From the NCBI RefSeq assembly GCF_963921235.1, contig NC_086097.1, forward strand, positions 202,308,001 through 202,372,000: a stretch of DNA of 64,000 bases. The letters run 5' to 3'. A program made the translations under genes and the position numbers. Each line of letters opens with the position of its first letter. Position 1 is the stretch's first letter. Shown piece by piece: positions 22,960 to 36,044 of the stretch. The stretch comes from Mobula hypostoma. Taxonomy: Eukaryota. The notes under the pieces were generated by a model, which saw only the letters and a program-made list of their open reading frames with translations, searched no databases and was not told the origin of the DNA.

Positions 22960-24610
22960 CTCAAAGTAAATTTATTATCAAAGTACATATATGTCACCAT
23001 ATACAAATCTGAGATTCATTTTCTTCTGGGCATACAGAATAAATCCAAGAAACACAATAGAATCAATGAAAGACCGCACCCAACAGAACAGACAAACAAC
23101 CAATGTGCAAACGCTGTAGATAGGGCCCAGTCCATCATGGGTAAAGCCCTCCCTACCATTGAACTCATCAACACAGAGCATGGTTGTAGGAAAGCAGCAA
23201 GGACCTCCACCACCCAGGTCATTCTCTCTTCTGACTGCTGCAATCAGGAAGAAGGTACAGGAGCCACAGGAGTTGCACCACCAGTTTCAGCAACATTTAT
23301 TACCCCTCAACCATGAGACTCTTGAACCAAAGGGGATAACTTCACTCACTCAACTTCACTTGACCCATCACAAAACTGTTCCCGCAATCCATGGGCTCAC
23401 TTTCAAGAACTCCTCATCTCATACTCTTGACATTTCTTGTTTATTTATTTATTATTATTAATGATATTATCTCTTTTTGATCACTTTTTGTATTTGCATT
23501 GTTTATTGTCTTTTGCACACTGGTTGAACGTCCAAGTCGGTGTGGTCTTTTTATTGATTCTATTATGTTTTTTGGATTTATTGAGTATGCCCGCAAGAAA
23601 ATGAATCTTAAGGTTGTACTTCGAAAATAAATTTACTTTGAACTTTGAACTTGTGAACTGTGCTAGAACAAAAGAGAAAATAATAGTAGTAAATGAATAA
23701 ACAATAAATATCAAGAACTTGAGATGAAGAGTCCTTGAAAGTGAGTCAATAGATTGTAGGAACAATTCAGTGATGGGGCAAGTGAAGTTGATCGAAATTA
23801 TCTGCTACTAGATGATAGTCATTCAGGCAGGTTGCCACATTGTTCTTAGGCACTGGTATAATTGAAGCCTGCTTGGAGCAGGTGGGTACCTCAGACTGCT
23901 GAAGTGAGAGGTTAAAGTTATTGGTGAACACTCCAGCCAGTTCATCAGCACAGGTACTTAGTATTCAGCAGTCTTATGACTGCTAGAAATGATATAGCTA
24001 AGGTGAATATTGTGCTCTTGGAAAAGTACATATCTTTAGATTAAGCTACTGATTCAGTCTTACATTGCAAAGTATGGGAGCTAGGGCTTTACTCTTTGGG
24101 GAGAAGGAGGATAAGAGGAGACATGATAGAGGTGTACAAGATAATAAGAGGAAGAGATAGAGTGGATAGCCAGCGCCTCTTCCCCAGGGCACCACTGCTC
24201 AATACAAGAGGACATGGCTTTAAGGTAAGGGGTGGGAAGTTCAAGAGGGATATTAGAGGAAGGTTTTTTACTCAGAGAGTGATTGGTGCGTGGGATGCAC
24301 TGCCTGAGTCAGTGGTGGAGGCAGATACACTAGTGAAGTTTAAGAGACTACTAGACAGGTATATGGAGGAATTTAAGGTGGGGGCTTATATGGGAGGCAG
24401 GGTTTGAGGGTCGGCACAACATTGTGGGCCGAAGGGCCTGTACTGTGCTGTACTATTCTATGTTCTATGTTCAGCAAGGTACCCCATCTGGGTTGAATGC
24501 TTCTGTAGGATCACCCTGCTGAAGGATGCTCTCATGTCTGCCTCAGAGATTGAAATCACAGGATTACTGGAGGCAGTAGGGATTTGTGAAGCTTCCTCTA
24601 TGTTTTGATG
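22960..24610. mobile_element. Cluster of Rex1/Babar-type LINE fragments in both orientations
   Basis: Rex-type 3' ends (aataaatttactttgaactttga), AQSIMGKALPTIE peptide, and CFKQA-like RT segment at about 23810-23970 continuing after 24476. Confidence 0.65.
24077..24469 (+). mobile_element. CR1 3' fragment with (TTCTATG)n tail
   Basis: ORF 24096-24407 RRRIRGDMIEVYKII...FFTQRVIGAW. The whole insert 23971-24469 is flanked by TTCAGCA at 23964-23970 and 24470-24476. Confidence 0.9.
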
Positions 24611-24629
24611 GCCAAATTCACTGTGCACA

Positions 24630-24905
24630 TTCTCCTTATTTTTATACCACATAATTTTATACACCTCTATAAGATCACCCTTCATTCTGCTACACTTCAA
24701 TGAAAAGCTGGTAACCTGCTCCATCTGTCCCCATAATATAGTCCCTAGAGCCCTGCAGCATCCTGGTAAATCTCTTCTGTACTCTGTCTTGCTTAATGGC
24801 ATCTTTCCTGTAGTAGGGTGACCAAAACTGATTAAAATATACCAAATACAGCCTCAACAACATCCTGTGCAACTGCAACGTAATATCCCAACCTCTATAC
24901 TCACT
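24630..24905 (-). mobile_element. Old CR1 RT C-terminal fragment
   Basis: QFWSPYYRKD...RVQKRFTRML peptide (ORF 24690-24968). Confidence 0.75.
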
Positions 24906-25711
24906 TTCCTTCTCTTCAATTCTAGGGATCTGCAGATTTCCTTTGTTGAGATATTTTCTAATGTACAACCTTCTGAGATATCTGAACTTCCCTTATTCTG
25001 TCCACTCAAGCATCCATGATTTTCTTCTCCTTATTGGCAACTGTAGCTCAGCAACAGAGATCTAAAGCTTTGTCATTGCCTCCCAAACCCCTGCCTCCCT
25101 ACTCTTACATCGCCAATCTCAACCCTTTAAAGTTCATTTCATGAATTTATTATGCATCAAACACTAAAATTTCCTTTTGAGTGACTTGGTGCCAAATTTT
25201 GTTTGAAGATGATTTTTGTTGAAGAACTTGGTTCTTATTACATTAAAACATTTGCAAATTGTGAGTTATTTTTATTAGGAAATGTGTTACTGTACTGCTT
25301 ACAGACTTTGGATGTGAAAGAGGCTAAAGTGAGGAAATTATCAAAGAAAAAATAGAAACAAATAAACATCATTGATAGCTCTTTTAAATTTCCTTGTTCA
25401 AAGACCTGTCATTCCCACTTATATTTGAGTTTTATCTAGAATAAAGTGTTAAACTTTCAGTTTTCTTATGACTTGTACAGACAAGTCCATGGGCTGTTTA
25501 CAGTGAAATTGTGAACTGCATCACAACAAAGGTACCTCTGTTCACTTACGTCCATGTGTTTTAGAAGCTGCATTATTTTCAGCACTACGAGCTAAAACAA
25601 CTTTATTTTCCCCTTATCTAAAAGGTAGTCTCTGTAGCTAACTTTGATACTCTGCATAAAATGATGGCGTTGCTTATATTGGTTGATATAGTATATTGGC
25701 CTTGAGACAGC

Positions 25712-25768
25712 AATTGTGAGATAGAATGTGAACAATATAATTTATTGTTCATATTCTATCTCACAATT
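25712..25768. repeat. Near-perfect inverted repeat (26-bp arms, 5-nt loop)
   Basis: AATTGTGAGATAGAATGTGAACAATA-taatt-TATTGTTCATATTCTATCTCACAATT; one G:T mismatch. Confidence 0.95.
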
Positions 25769-28181
25769 AATAGAATTAAACAGTGTGTTCAGCTGAAATG
25801 ATATTGTACACTGTTTCTCTAGGCTTTTGAAGATTAACTTTGATTGTAATTTAGCTTGAAGCTGTAGTCCTTAATTTGCAGTCACCAAAAAAATACTGTT
25901 TTGCTAAGATCGCACTCTTATGACCGTTTTCAGAAATAAAAGCTCTTATTCTCCTCTTTGCAACTTTTTCTGGGTTGTATGTGGTTCACTTGAAACTTGT
26001 AATGGCAGCAATCCATGTCAGGGAATTTGTTCAGAAATTCATTGCCTGTGGCATTATTTGAAAGGATGTGGGGGTGGAGATATGTATAATGATTGAAGAG
26101 AACAGAAGACCCATGTTGCTGCATGAATTATTCATAGTTGTACTTTTTAGGGCACAGTGTTGTGGGACTTGTGTTCTGAAAGGCTGATGAAATTACTTTT
26201 AGATAAGTATTACTGACAGGCTCGACCCTGCCAGTGTTGCCAAGCTTGCAACGATATTATTTGTCAATCCTTCCCTTTGATGGTGAGCCATGTTTTAGAA
26301 TTGGCATTTATAGTAAAACTTTTGATGAAGATTACAGGCATTGTCTTCTAAACTACGTCATCATGATTGAATGAAACACTTTCATACTATCATTTCAATT
26401 GACAACTGAACTGATTTTTTCTTATTTTCATACTAGATTTTGGCACCAGGCCAGAAAATAAGGCAATTTGATTATCAAAGGCATTTGATTGGTGAGCTGC
26501 ACAAAAGGCATTTGCCTGCAGAACCCCATAGGAATGTGAGACTGGATAACTTAGAGTTAAAGATAGCCTCTGCCTGGGCCACGTTCTAATTTCAGCAGTT
26601 TGTTCAGCTCTCCAACAGGCTGTTAGCAGAAACAACCTTACTCTCAACATTAAAAGCAGAGGTTCTTAAAACCTTTCAATCATCAATATTTAATCAAAAT
26701 ACATACAAAGAATGGTGAAAACAACAGGGTAAGTTTATATTTAAGATTAATTTGTTTTTATGGTTTGCGTAGTTCCTTTAACTCTGGCTCTCCTGTGTTT
26801 AAATACTTCACCGTGTTGAAATGGCTCAGTTAAGTCAATTATAAATGCTGTGTTAATGCCCTCTTTTAGGATGTGTTTTATATGCTTGTTCAACATGTTC
26901 GCTTTACAAAACCTGTTTTCTTCCAGTGTTGGAATGTTCTTAAATAGAAATTCCTTTTGCTTTACTCTTTGAGAAATATGACAGCATGACTATAAATGGT
27001 GCTTCTAAACTTAGTATCAATAGAATGAGAATTAACTATATCCTATTCCATCAGACTGCATATTTATAGATGTAATTACTATAGTGAAGATATCAAATAT
27101 TGTTGACTGCCAAATAGGAAGTGACAGCTCTTTTATATTGAACTTTTTGTTACCATCTTTGTGGTCAATGCTGCCATTGCAAAACTTAGGCAAGGGTGTA
27201 TTAGACAAACTTTGAGATGATAGTAGAGTTTGGAGATAGTAGAGATGTGGTTGGGGTGGATGGGGTTTGATGGTTAGTTCTTGCTTGTCCATAATGACAG
27301 GGAGAGTATTAAGGGTGCTTAAAATGGGAGAATTTTGTAATGTGCTCTCAATCCTCTACATAGAAATGCCATCATTTTTGTTGCAGTGGTTGCAGTTGAA
27401 TTTGTGTTCTGCTGTTGAGAGTAAAGAAAAGTTTTTAAAGTATTCAATAATCCATTACTTTGTAATGTGCTAAACTGATTAAGAGCTAATGAAATATGAT
27501 TGAGGAGAAGTTAGTGTTTTAATGTGGCTGCCAACGATACAATCTGATCAAACATCAGAGCACGCGACTGGAATAATTTGCAGTAAAAATTCAGATTATA
27601 GAGTTGGGTTATTTACATATTTATCCCCTAAATAGAGTCAGTAAGATGAATTTTGGAGAGATGGTACTACCAGCTGCCATTACCATAGAGCGTAATCAGC
27701 ACCACTGAATAGAGATTAATTCCTAGGAATTTTTGAAGCCCCATTGCAATTGCATTCACGGTTCATCAGATAATGAAGCAGTCTATGACCATAAATAACA
27801 AATATTGGACAATATCCAGACTTGGCCAGAGAACTACCAAATAACTGTCATGCCATACATGTAGCAATAAAGGGTATAATCACCTCTCCTTGCCATTCAA
27901 CAACATTCTTTCTTTGACTTCTCACCATCTCAATCCTTGGGTCACTATTAACCAGAAACTTAATTGGCTGAGCCATATGCAGGTCATTCCCAGATAGTAA
28001 ATGGGTTCTAATTTTACAAATGCCCATAAATTGTTTTTGTCCATTAGTTGGAAAATACACAAAAATCACTTGACATAATCACCTTACTTCCACAGTATTG
28101 TAGCGAATGACATTGGAAGTATATCAGACTGATAAGAAAGAGCAATTACTAAACCTTGGATGGGGTGAAGTAGAGGGGGGG

Positions 28182-28203
28182 GAGAGAGAGAGAGAGAGAG
28201 AGA
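28182..28203. repeat. (GA)n microsatellite
   Basis: Direct reading of the sequence. Confidence 0.95.
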
Positions 28204-28957
28204 TGGAACAAGTTCTGCTATTCATAGGAATGAAAGTATGAAAATATACTTCATTGAACTTCTGAATTTACTGTTAGAGGAATCCATTTGTATATCGGGG
28301 CATCCATAAGTTGTCTGATCATAACCCAAAGATGGCCTGTAAAAACACTGTGGCTGCATCTAGATTGAAGAATGGCTATTATAAAACAAATACCTAAAAT
28401 TTTGACTCCTCAGAGCATTTCATCTCCACATGACTGCAGTTCCAATAATGCTGAGGAAGACATCAGGAAAATATAGCCTGTATGACCACTTCTTCCACCA
28501 AGGCCACACTGTATACCATCAAAAGATGTCCTGCAGCAACTTGCTAAGTCTTTAGCAACAACTCCCAGAACCTAACACACCTGTTCTGAAGCTCAGGAAC
28601 ACTACAACTTCCAATTGCCCTTGCAAAACAAATCACTTGATTTTGAAACCTATATTACCTCATCTTTGTGAAGTCAAATTGGTGAAACTTCCCACACAGT
28701 GGCATTCAAGGAAATGACTCATCTTATGAATGAACTTATCACTGCTTTCTCAAAGTAAAGGATGGGCCGTAGGTTTTGGCCTTGCAAGCAATACCCTCAA
28801 CTGACATGAATTAAAAGTGTCTAACTTTAGAAAATCTCTGCTTTGAATTTGAATTTGGATTCATAATTGTTTTGTAAGAGAATAAAGATTACAAAAAGAA
28901 AGCATGGATGGGCCATTCAGCCCCTTAAATCTGTTCTGCTATTCAATAAATCATATG

Positions 28958-30288
28958 TGTCACAATGGCGGGGCATTGGGAGCAAGGGTGGACCCAAATG
29001 CAAGACACATCTTGTGAGGTTACTTAGATTTAGTTTATTGTTCGATAGCAGGAGAGCAAGGCAGGAGCAGGAGTAGTGAACTGGACAAGGACTCAGGATT
29101 ACGACTAGGCTGGGACCAAGGGTCTGGGCTTGGACTCGGAATCGGCTCCCAGAACTAGAGGAAACATGAAGAGGCTAGGGTATGGACTCTGAGCCCGAGA
29201 CTGGGCAAGGACCCAGTACCTGGGTCTTGCCTCGGGCTCGGACCCCAGAACCAGGCATGGACATGACATGGGCTAGGGAGAGGAGGAACATGGAAAACAG
29301 AGCCTCGGTCTTGGGAGAGCAGGTACATGGAACCATGGACACATACATAGAACACAGAGTCGGGACCCCTCCTTGGGTACAGGACATAGGGCCGGGACTC
29401 ACACACAGAACAGAGAGCCTGGACCCCTCTTTGGGTACAGGACATAGGGCCGGGACTCATGACCCCCTGCGGGGCAACGGCAAGACGGCCTGACTTACCC
29501 CACGGAGGCGAGGACAAGACAAGACATGACCCCCCCCCCCGTGGGGCAACGGCAAGATGGCTTGACTTACCCCATGGAGGCGAAGACAAGACAAGACAAG
29601 ACCAACACGAAAGAACACCAGACAGTACCTATCTAGCTCCGGCAATAGAACTAGACCGAAGTGCAGGCAAGGGCTGCAGACGAGGGCTAGAGGCAAGAGG
29701 GGCAGAGAAGGGATTCATACTGAGGGGTAGGACAGGAATCACAGACCACCAGGGCCAGGACTTGACTCGGAACGGAAGCCGCCAGGGCCCGGACTTGACT
29801 CGATACTTGAAAGCAGCCAGGTCCAGGACTTGACTTGGTACTTGAATGCCCCCGGAGCCAGGACTTGACTTGGAGCCTCCGGGTAGTGGCGAGCTCTCGA
29901 CTCGGCCCGGGAACAGTAGACAGCAGTTCTTGATTCCCTCCAGGGGTTAACTGACGGACCCACCTCAGTAAGGAAACTTTGCAGGCTCGCTTTGGCGAGG
30001 TAACTGGACAGGGTTGCTCCAGTGAGGAAGGGCGAATTACCGGCACTCGCTTCGGCAGAGACTAGGCTTGCTCCGGCCAGATAACATCGGCACACCGTAC
30101 CTTTGATAACTTTGCAGACTCTCCCACGCTGAACGGCTGAAAGCCGGAGACTATAAACTACCGCTTTAGCTGAGTGTTAATTGCCTCTAATCACCAAAGT
30201 CGAGGGACATGGGAAAACAGGGAATCAACGGTCCGGATCATAACATAAACAAGGTAAATTTAAAGGGACCCCGATCCGGACCATGACA
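28958..30288 (-). mobile_element. Long solo LTR (probably Gypsy) with internal tandem repeats
   Basis: TGTCA...TGACA termini; near-TSD ATATG/ATCTG; minus-strand AATAAA near 29034; tandem units at about 29345-29460, 29462-29600 and 29748-29872; GC-rich relative to flanks. Confidence 0.72.
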
Positions 30289-30439
30289 ATCTGATCCAAA
30301 CTTGACCAAAACACTACTGTTCCTTTCTCTCTTAACACTTTGTGACTGCCTTGTACTTTGAATTTCTCTCAGACTTGACTTAATAAATTCAATGATGGAC
30401 TCAAGGGCAGGAAATCCAAAATGCATTCTCCATAATTTG

Positions 30440-31414
30440 AGTACATTTCGGCAATCGCCTCTGATCTGGGCCAACATTTACGTGCCGGGCGTCACCTAAT
30501 TAATTAGCTGGTTTATTTTGGCTTTTTTCTTAAAGATGTGTTGGGTGCGTCCCGGCTACCGCTGCATTCTCCATGGCAATGTATCAGTCTGCGGCCCGGG
30601 GGTTAGGGTGGTGGGACACTGGGGTGTCATCTCATCGTCATCTGTTTCCATCAGGGCAGGAGGTCATCTTCTTCTATGTCTGCCTGCCTTGATGTCGAAG
30701 GTCGAGGTTCGTCGTCTGCTGTGGCTAATGTGGAAGGCTTGAAAAACAACAGTATGCTTGACTGCTTAGCCTCATACATTTTTCTCTCATACAATTCTTT
30801 GTAAGCACTCAAACCATCCTGCAAATATGCCCTAAAGCTACGTACCCTTTCAAAATTAAAGGCGTACTTTTCTGCAATCATTGCAGCGAAAATCTCACGC
30901 AGTTGCTTCACGTTCAGTTCCTGGACGGCTTCACTTTCCGTCCGTTCGCTACTGCATTCGGTTTCGATTGTTATCCTTTCCTCTTCCAATTGCAACAGCT
31001 CTTCATCTATCAGTTCTTGGTCATGGGATGCCAATACCTCTTCAACATCATCTTTGTCAACTTCCACAAGCCAAACTCACTTTGTCTTTACTTCGTTCAC
31101 CTCGATCAAAAGGCTTAATTATGTCTAGTTTTACGCTAATTGTAACACCCTTACGAGCTCTTTCAGGCTTTTCCGATACCTTAGGACTCATCTTGCTAAC
31201 TGCTGCTCACAGGCACGTGTTTAATCAATGCTGGCTAGAATGCAGTTCTGGGGAGGGAGCTTGGTTGCTCGGGATGCGCACTGCCTTTTATCGCGCGCTG
31301 CCTTTTTTCGTAACAGTGAAAACACTTGCTGTTAGCGAAAACAGGTAACTAATGTAGGTCTTTTGTAACAGCGAGGTTTCGTAAAGCAAACATTCTAAAA
31401 GCGGAGGACACCTG
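30440..31414 (-). mobile_element. pogo/Tigger-type DNA transposon remnant, internally deleted
   Basis: ORF 30651-31067 EVDKDDVEEVLASHDQELIDEELLQLEEE...KQSSILLFF resembles a Tigger transposase C-terminus; right end ...GGAGGACACCTG followed by TA. Left TIR not seen. Confidence 0.75.
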
Positions 31415-33446
31415 TAAAATGTTCCAGGAGGATACACTACGGCAGCCACAAGACATCTTTGCTAGTTTGCTTCGGAAGTCTTGTCCTGACAGGGTGAAAC
31501 ACCCTGTAGAATCAAGCAACTGGCAAGATGTATCATAATCTCATTAGATTTGTCAAGTTTAATTGTGGAACAATGATTACTATTTTATATTTATTCTCTC
31601 TCTCAGTTTATCTCTCCATGTCTGTCTCCTTTTACGCACATGTACACACACGATCATGTGTCTATAAACATTCACCACTCACACACACTGTTATACTATC
31701 CAATTGCATGGCACAGCTGTGTTGCTGCTATCTGCCAGCCACGGATAATGCACCACTGAGAATGCAGCCCTGCCATAATTAGTCTGCAGCAAAGTGTTGT
31801 TAGTTGAATGGGAACTCTGACCGGAGTACTCTTATCAGGCGATCATTTAATGCAACCTTGAATGGTGAACTCTTGGGCGTTGGCATATTTAAGAGTGAAA
31901 ATGCAGGAAAGCAGAAGAGGACAACCCTGGCTGGAGGAAGTAAAATAGCAAAAGAGGGAGGGATCTGGGGCAATAAATATACAACCCTTACTCGTTTTAA
32001 ATAGAAATACTGATGGTTTCATATATCATTGGCCATTTCCCAGGCTCCCTGTCCTCCGGTTACAATTTACTGTATGACTAAATTACAAGCCCTAACAATT
32101 TAATATGACCCTTTTTTCACTATTTTCACCAGCTGCAGAGAGAAACAAGTCCAAGTTAAATAACTTGTTGAAAATTTTAGGTATGGCTGATTTTTACAAT
32201 AAAGTTGTCATATCTCAGAATAAAAATTGAAGTTACCAGGGAATGAACATGTTGTAATTATTACTAAATGTAATTTACAGTTATTTACAAATGAGCTATT
32301 GGGCAGGTCATTCCACTGAATTTATACTTCAAACATTGTCACCATTTCACTTACTTTTCAATCCTTTGGTGGTCAATTAGATAATACAAAATTTCCGTCT
32401 AAACAATTTATAAAATTAATGAATATTACATCAAACTGCCAGAAAGAAAAAAGTTGTCTTATAACAGCATCAGGTTATTATAGATGCAGAGAATGCAAAG
32501 CAAGTCAGAAAAATAAATCTGATGTACCCAGGATTTACTTCAGCCCTATATTTGAATGGTACGTGTACGTGTACTGTATATCTATGTATATAAGTACACA
32601 ACTACAGGAAATTTACTGATATTTCTGGTTCTTGATATTATATTTCATTTCTATCTTCTTGGATGTTATGTTTTTCATCTCTTGGTATTAAGTATAATGA
32701 TGTTCCATTAGCTTTGCTCAATTTCTGCAGCTGATTAGGATCTATATGGGAGCAAGAACTATAACACTGGCAGTTGAAAGGGTATCTTTTTGTAATCAGT
32801 GGGGCAGAGAAAACCTTGATTAATTTTAATACGGTCTGCTTAGTAGGGCAATGTGGAAGGCAACATTAACAAGGTGAAAGTAAGGAATAAATAATGTTGG
32901 TTAGACCACTTGTTTTGTTATACATGCATATGATTTTCATTTTAGTGCAAAAATATTGGATTAACATCAGAGAAACCAACATTGAAGAAAGGCAATTCAG
33001 GTGATAATAGTGCTGAAATCTCTGCACTTGCTATGGAATTCTGAAGCTTCCATTAACAAAGAAGCGAGTTCAATTAAATTTCAGGAAAAAACACGTTGAA
33101 TACTGTACAAGTTAGAGGCCTTGTAACCCCTGGGTTGTAGTGCTGATTTATGCACTAGAACTATTCACCTGCTGAACAAAGCTGATCCAGATAACTGAAA
33201 CCCAAAATATGGAAAATTGAAAGTACCCATTAATTTTTTTTCTTTTTCCTAAGATGTTACCTGAGCTGTAAGATTTGAGTTCAGTTCTTGTAGCTATTCT
33301 ACCAGGTGTCACCTAGTCTTCTTGGTAATCATGTGCTGAAACTTCCTCTCCAACCTCAAAGCTCCTTGGTGACTCACTTGACAACTGGCTGAACTGTTTA
33401 TTCTCCACTTCCCTCTGTAGATCTAGTTTCAGGGATCTAGGGAGGC

Positions 33447-36040
33447 AATTTGGGTGGAATTGAAGAAGGGGAAAGGTGTAGTAATGCTTATAGGTGTATT
33501 ATAGACCACCTAGTGGAGAGTGAGAATTGGAGGAGCAAATTTGTAAGGAGACAGCAGATATTTGCAGTAAGCACAAGGGTGTGATTGTGGGAGATTTTAA
33601 TTTTCCACACATAGACTGGGAAGACCATTCTGTAAAAGGGCTGGATGGTTTGGAGTTTGTAAAATGTGTGCAAGATAGTTTTTTGCAACAATACATAGAG
33701 GTACCAACTAGAGAAGGGGAAGTGTTGGATCTCCTGTTAGGGAATGAGATAGGTCAGGTGACAGAGGTATGTTTTGGGGAGCACTTCGGGTCCAATGATC
33801 ACAATGCCGTTAGTTTCAATATAATTTTGGAGAAGGATAGGACTGGACCCAGGGTTGAGATTTTTGATTGGAGAAAAACTAACTTTGAGGAGATGCGTAA
33901 GGATTTAGAAGGAGTGGTTTGGGACAACTTGTTTTATGGGAAGGATGTAATAGAGAAATGGAGGTTATTTAAAGGTGAAATTTTGAGGGTACAGGATCTT
34001 TATGTTCCTGTTAGGTTGAAAGGAAAGGTTAAAAGTTTGAGAGAGCCATGATTTTCAAGGGATATTGGAATCTTGGTTCGGAAAAAGAGAGACATATACA
34101 ATAAATATAGACAGCTTGGAGTAATTGAAGTGCTCGAGGAATATAAAGAATGCAAAAAGAATCTTAAGAAAGAAATTAGAAAAGCTAAAAGAAGATATGA
34201 GGTTGCTTTGGCAAGTAAGGTGAAAATAAATCGAAAGGGTTTCTACAGTTATATTAATAGCAAAAGTATAGTGAGGGATAAAACTGGTCCCTTGGAGAAT
34301 CAGAGTGGACAGCTATGTGCGGAGCGAAAAGAGATGGGGGAGATTTTGAACAATTTCTTTTCTTCAGTATTCACTAAGGAGAAGGATATTGAATTGTGTA
34401 AGGTAAGGGAAACAAGTAGGGTAGTTATGGAAAGTAAGATGATTAAAGAAGAGGAAGTACTGGTGCTTTAAAGCAATATAAAAGTGGATAAGTCTCCAGG
34501 TCCTGACAGAATATTCCCTAGGACCTTGAGGGAAGATAGTGTGGAAATAGTAGGGGCTTGGACAGAAATATTTCAAATGTCATTAGAAACGGGGCTGGTG
34601 CCAGAGGATTGATGTATTACTCATGTTGTTCCATTGGTTAAAAAGGGTTCTTAGAGTAAACCTAGCAATTATTGGCCTGTAAGTTTGACGTCAGTGGTGG
34701 GTAAATTGATGGAAACTATTCTTATAGATGGTTTTATAATTTCTCTGGATAGACAGGGTCTGATTAGGAACAGTCAACATGGATTTGTGCGTGGAAGGTC
34801 ATGTTTGACAAATCTTGTTGAATTTTTTTGAAGAGGTTACTAGGAAAGTTGATGAGGGTAAAGCGGTGGATGTTGTCTATATGGACTTCAGAAAGGCCTT
34901 TGACAAGGTCCCACACGGAAGGTTAATTAGGAAGGTTCAGTCGTTCGGTATTAATATTGAAGTAATAAAATGGATTCAACAGTGACTGGATGGGAGACAC
35001 TAGAGAGTAGTGGTGGATAACTGTTTGTCAGATTGGAGGCCGGTGACTGGTGGTGCGCCTCAGGGATCTGTACTGGGTCCAGTGTTGTTTGTCATATACA
35101 TTAATGATCTGAATGATGGGGTGGTAAATTGGATTAGTAAGTATGCAAATGATACTAAGATAGATGGAGTTGTGGATAATAAAGTAGGTTTTCAAAGCTT
35201 GCAGAGAGATTTAGGCCAGTTAGAAGAGTGGGCTGAAAGATAGCAGATGGAGTTTCATGCTGATAAATGTGAGGTGTTACATATTGGTAGGACTAATCAA
35301 AATAGGACATGCATGGTAAATGGTAGGGCATTGAAGAATGCAGTAGAACAGAGGGATCTAGGAATAATGGTGCATAGTTCCCTGAAGGTGGAATCTCCCG
35401 TGGATAGGTGAAGAAAGCTTTCGGTATGCTAGCCTTTATAAAACAGAACATTAAGTATAGGAGTTGGGATGTAATGTTGAAATTGTACAAGGCCAAATTT
35501 GGAGTATTGTGTGGAGTTTTGGTCACCGAATTATAGGAAAGATGTCAACAAAATAGAGAGAGTACAGAGAAGATTTACTAGAATGTTGCCTAGGTTTCAT
35601 CTCTTAAGTTACAGAGAAAGGTTGAACAAGTTGGGTCTTTATTCTTTGGAGCGTAGAAGGTTGAGTGGGGACTTGATAAAGGTATTTAAAATTATGAGGG
35701 GGGATAGATAGAGTTGATGTGGATAGGCTTTTTCCATTGAGAGTGGGGGAGATTCAAACAAGATGACATGAGTTGAGAGTTAAAGGGCAAAGGTTTAGGG
35801 GTAACATGAGGGGGAACTTCTTTACTCAGAGAGTGGTAGCTATGTGGAACGAGCTTCCAGCAGAAGTGGTTGAGGCAGGTTTGATATTGTTTAAAGTTAA
35901 ATTGGACAGCTATATGGACAGGAAAGGAATGGAGGGTTATGGGGTGAGTGCAGGTCGGTGGGACTAGGTGAGAGTAAGAGTTCAGCATGGACTAGAAGGG
36001 CCGAGATGGCCTGTTTCCGTGCTGTAATGGTTATAAGGTT
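33447..36040 (+). mobile_element. 5'-truncated CR1 LINE (EN and RT remnants, 3' UTR, tail)
   Basis: YYRPP, VGDFNFPHIDW, GSNDH, PQGSVLGP, KYANDTK and LYSLERRRL motifs; tail ggttataaggttatat. Confidence 0.92.
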
Positions 36041-36044
36041 ATAT

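Noticed and set aside
29155..30095. Overlapping repetitive ORFs, or a CRISPR-like array, in the GC-rich block
   Set aside because: They come from tandem duplications inside a solo LTR; units are few and lack unique equal-length spacers.
30651..31067. Domesticated TIGD-like gene
   Set aside because: Only the C-terminal part is present, with no DDE or HTH domain, inside a transposon remnant.
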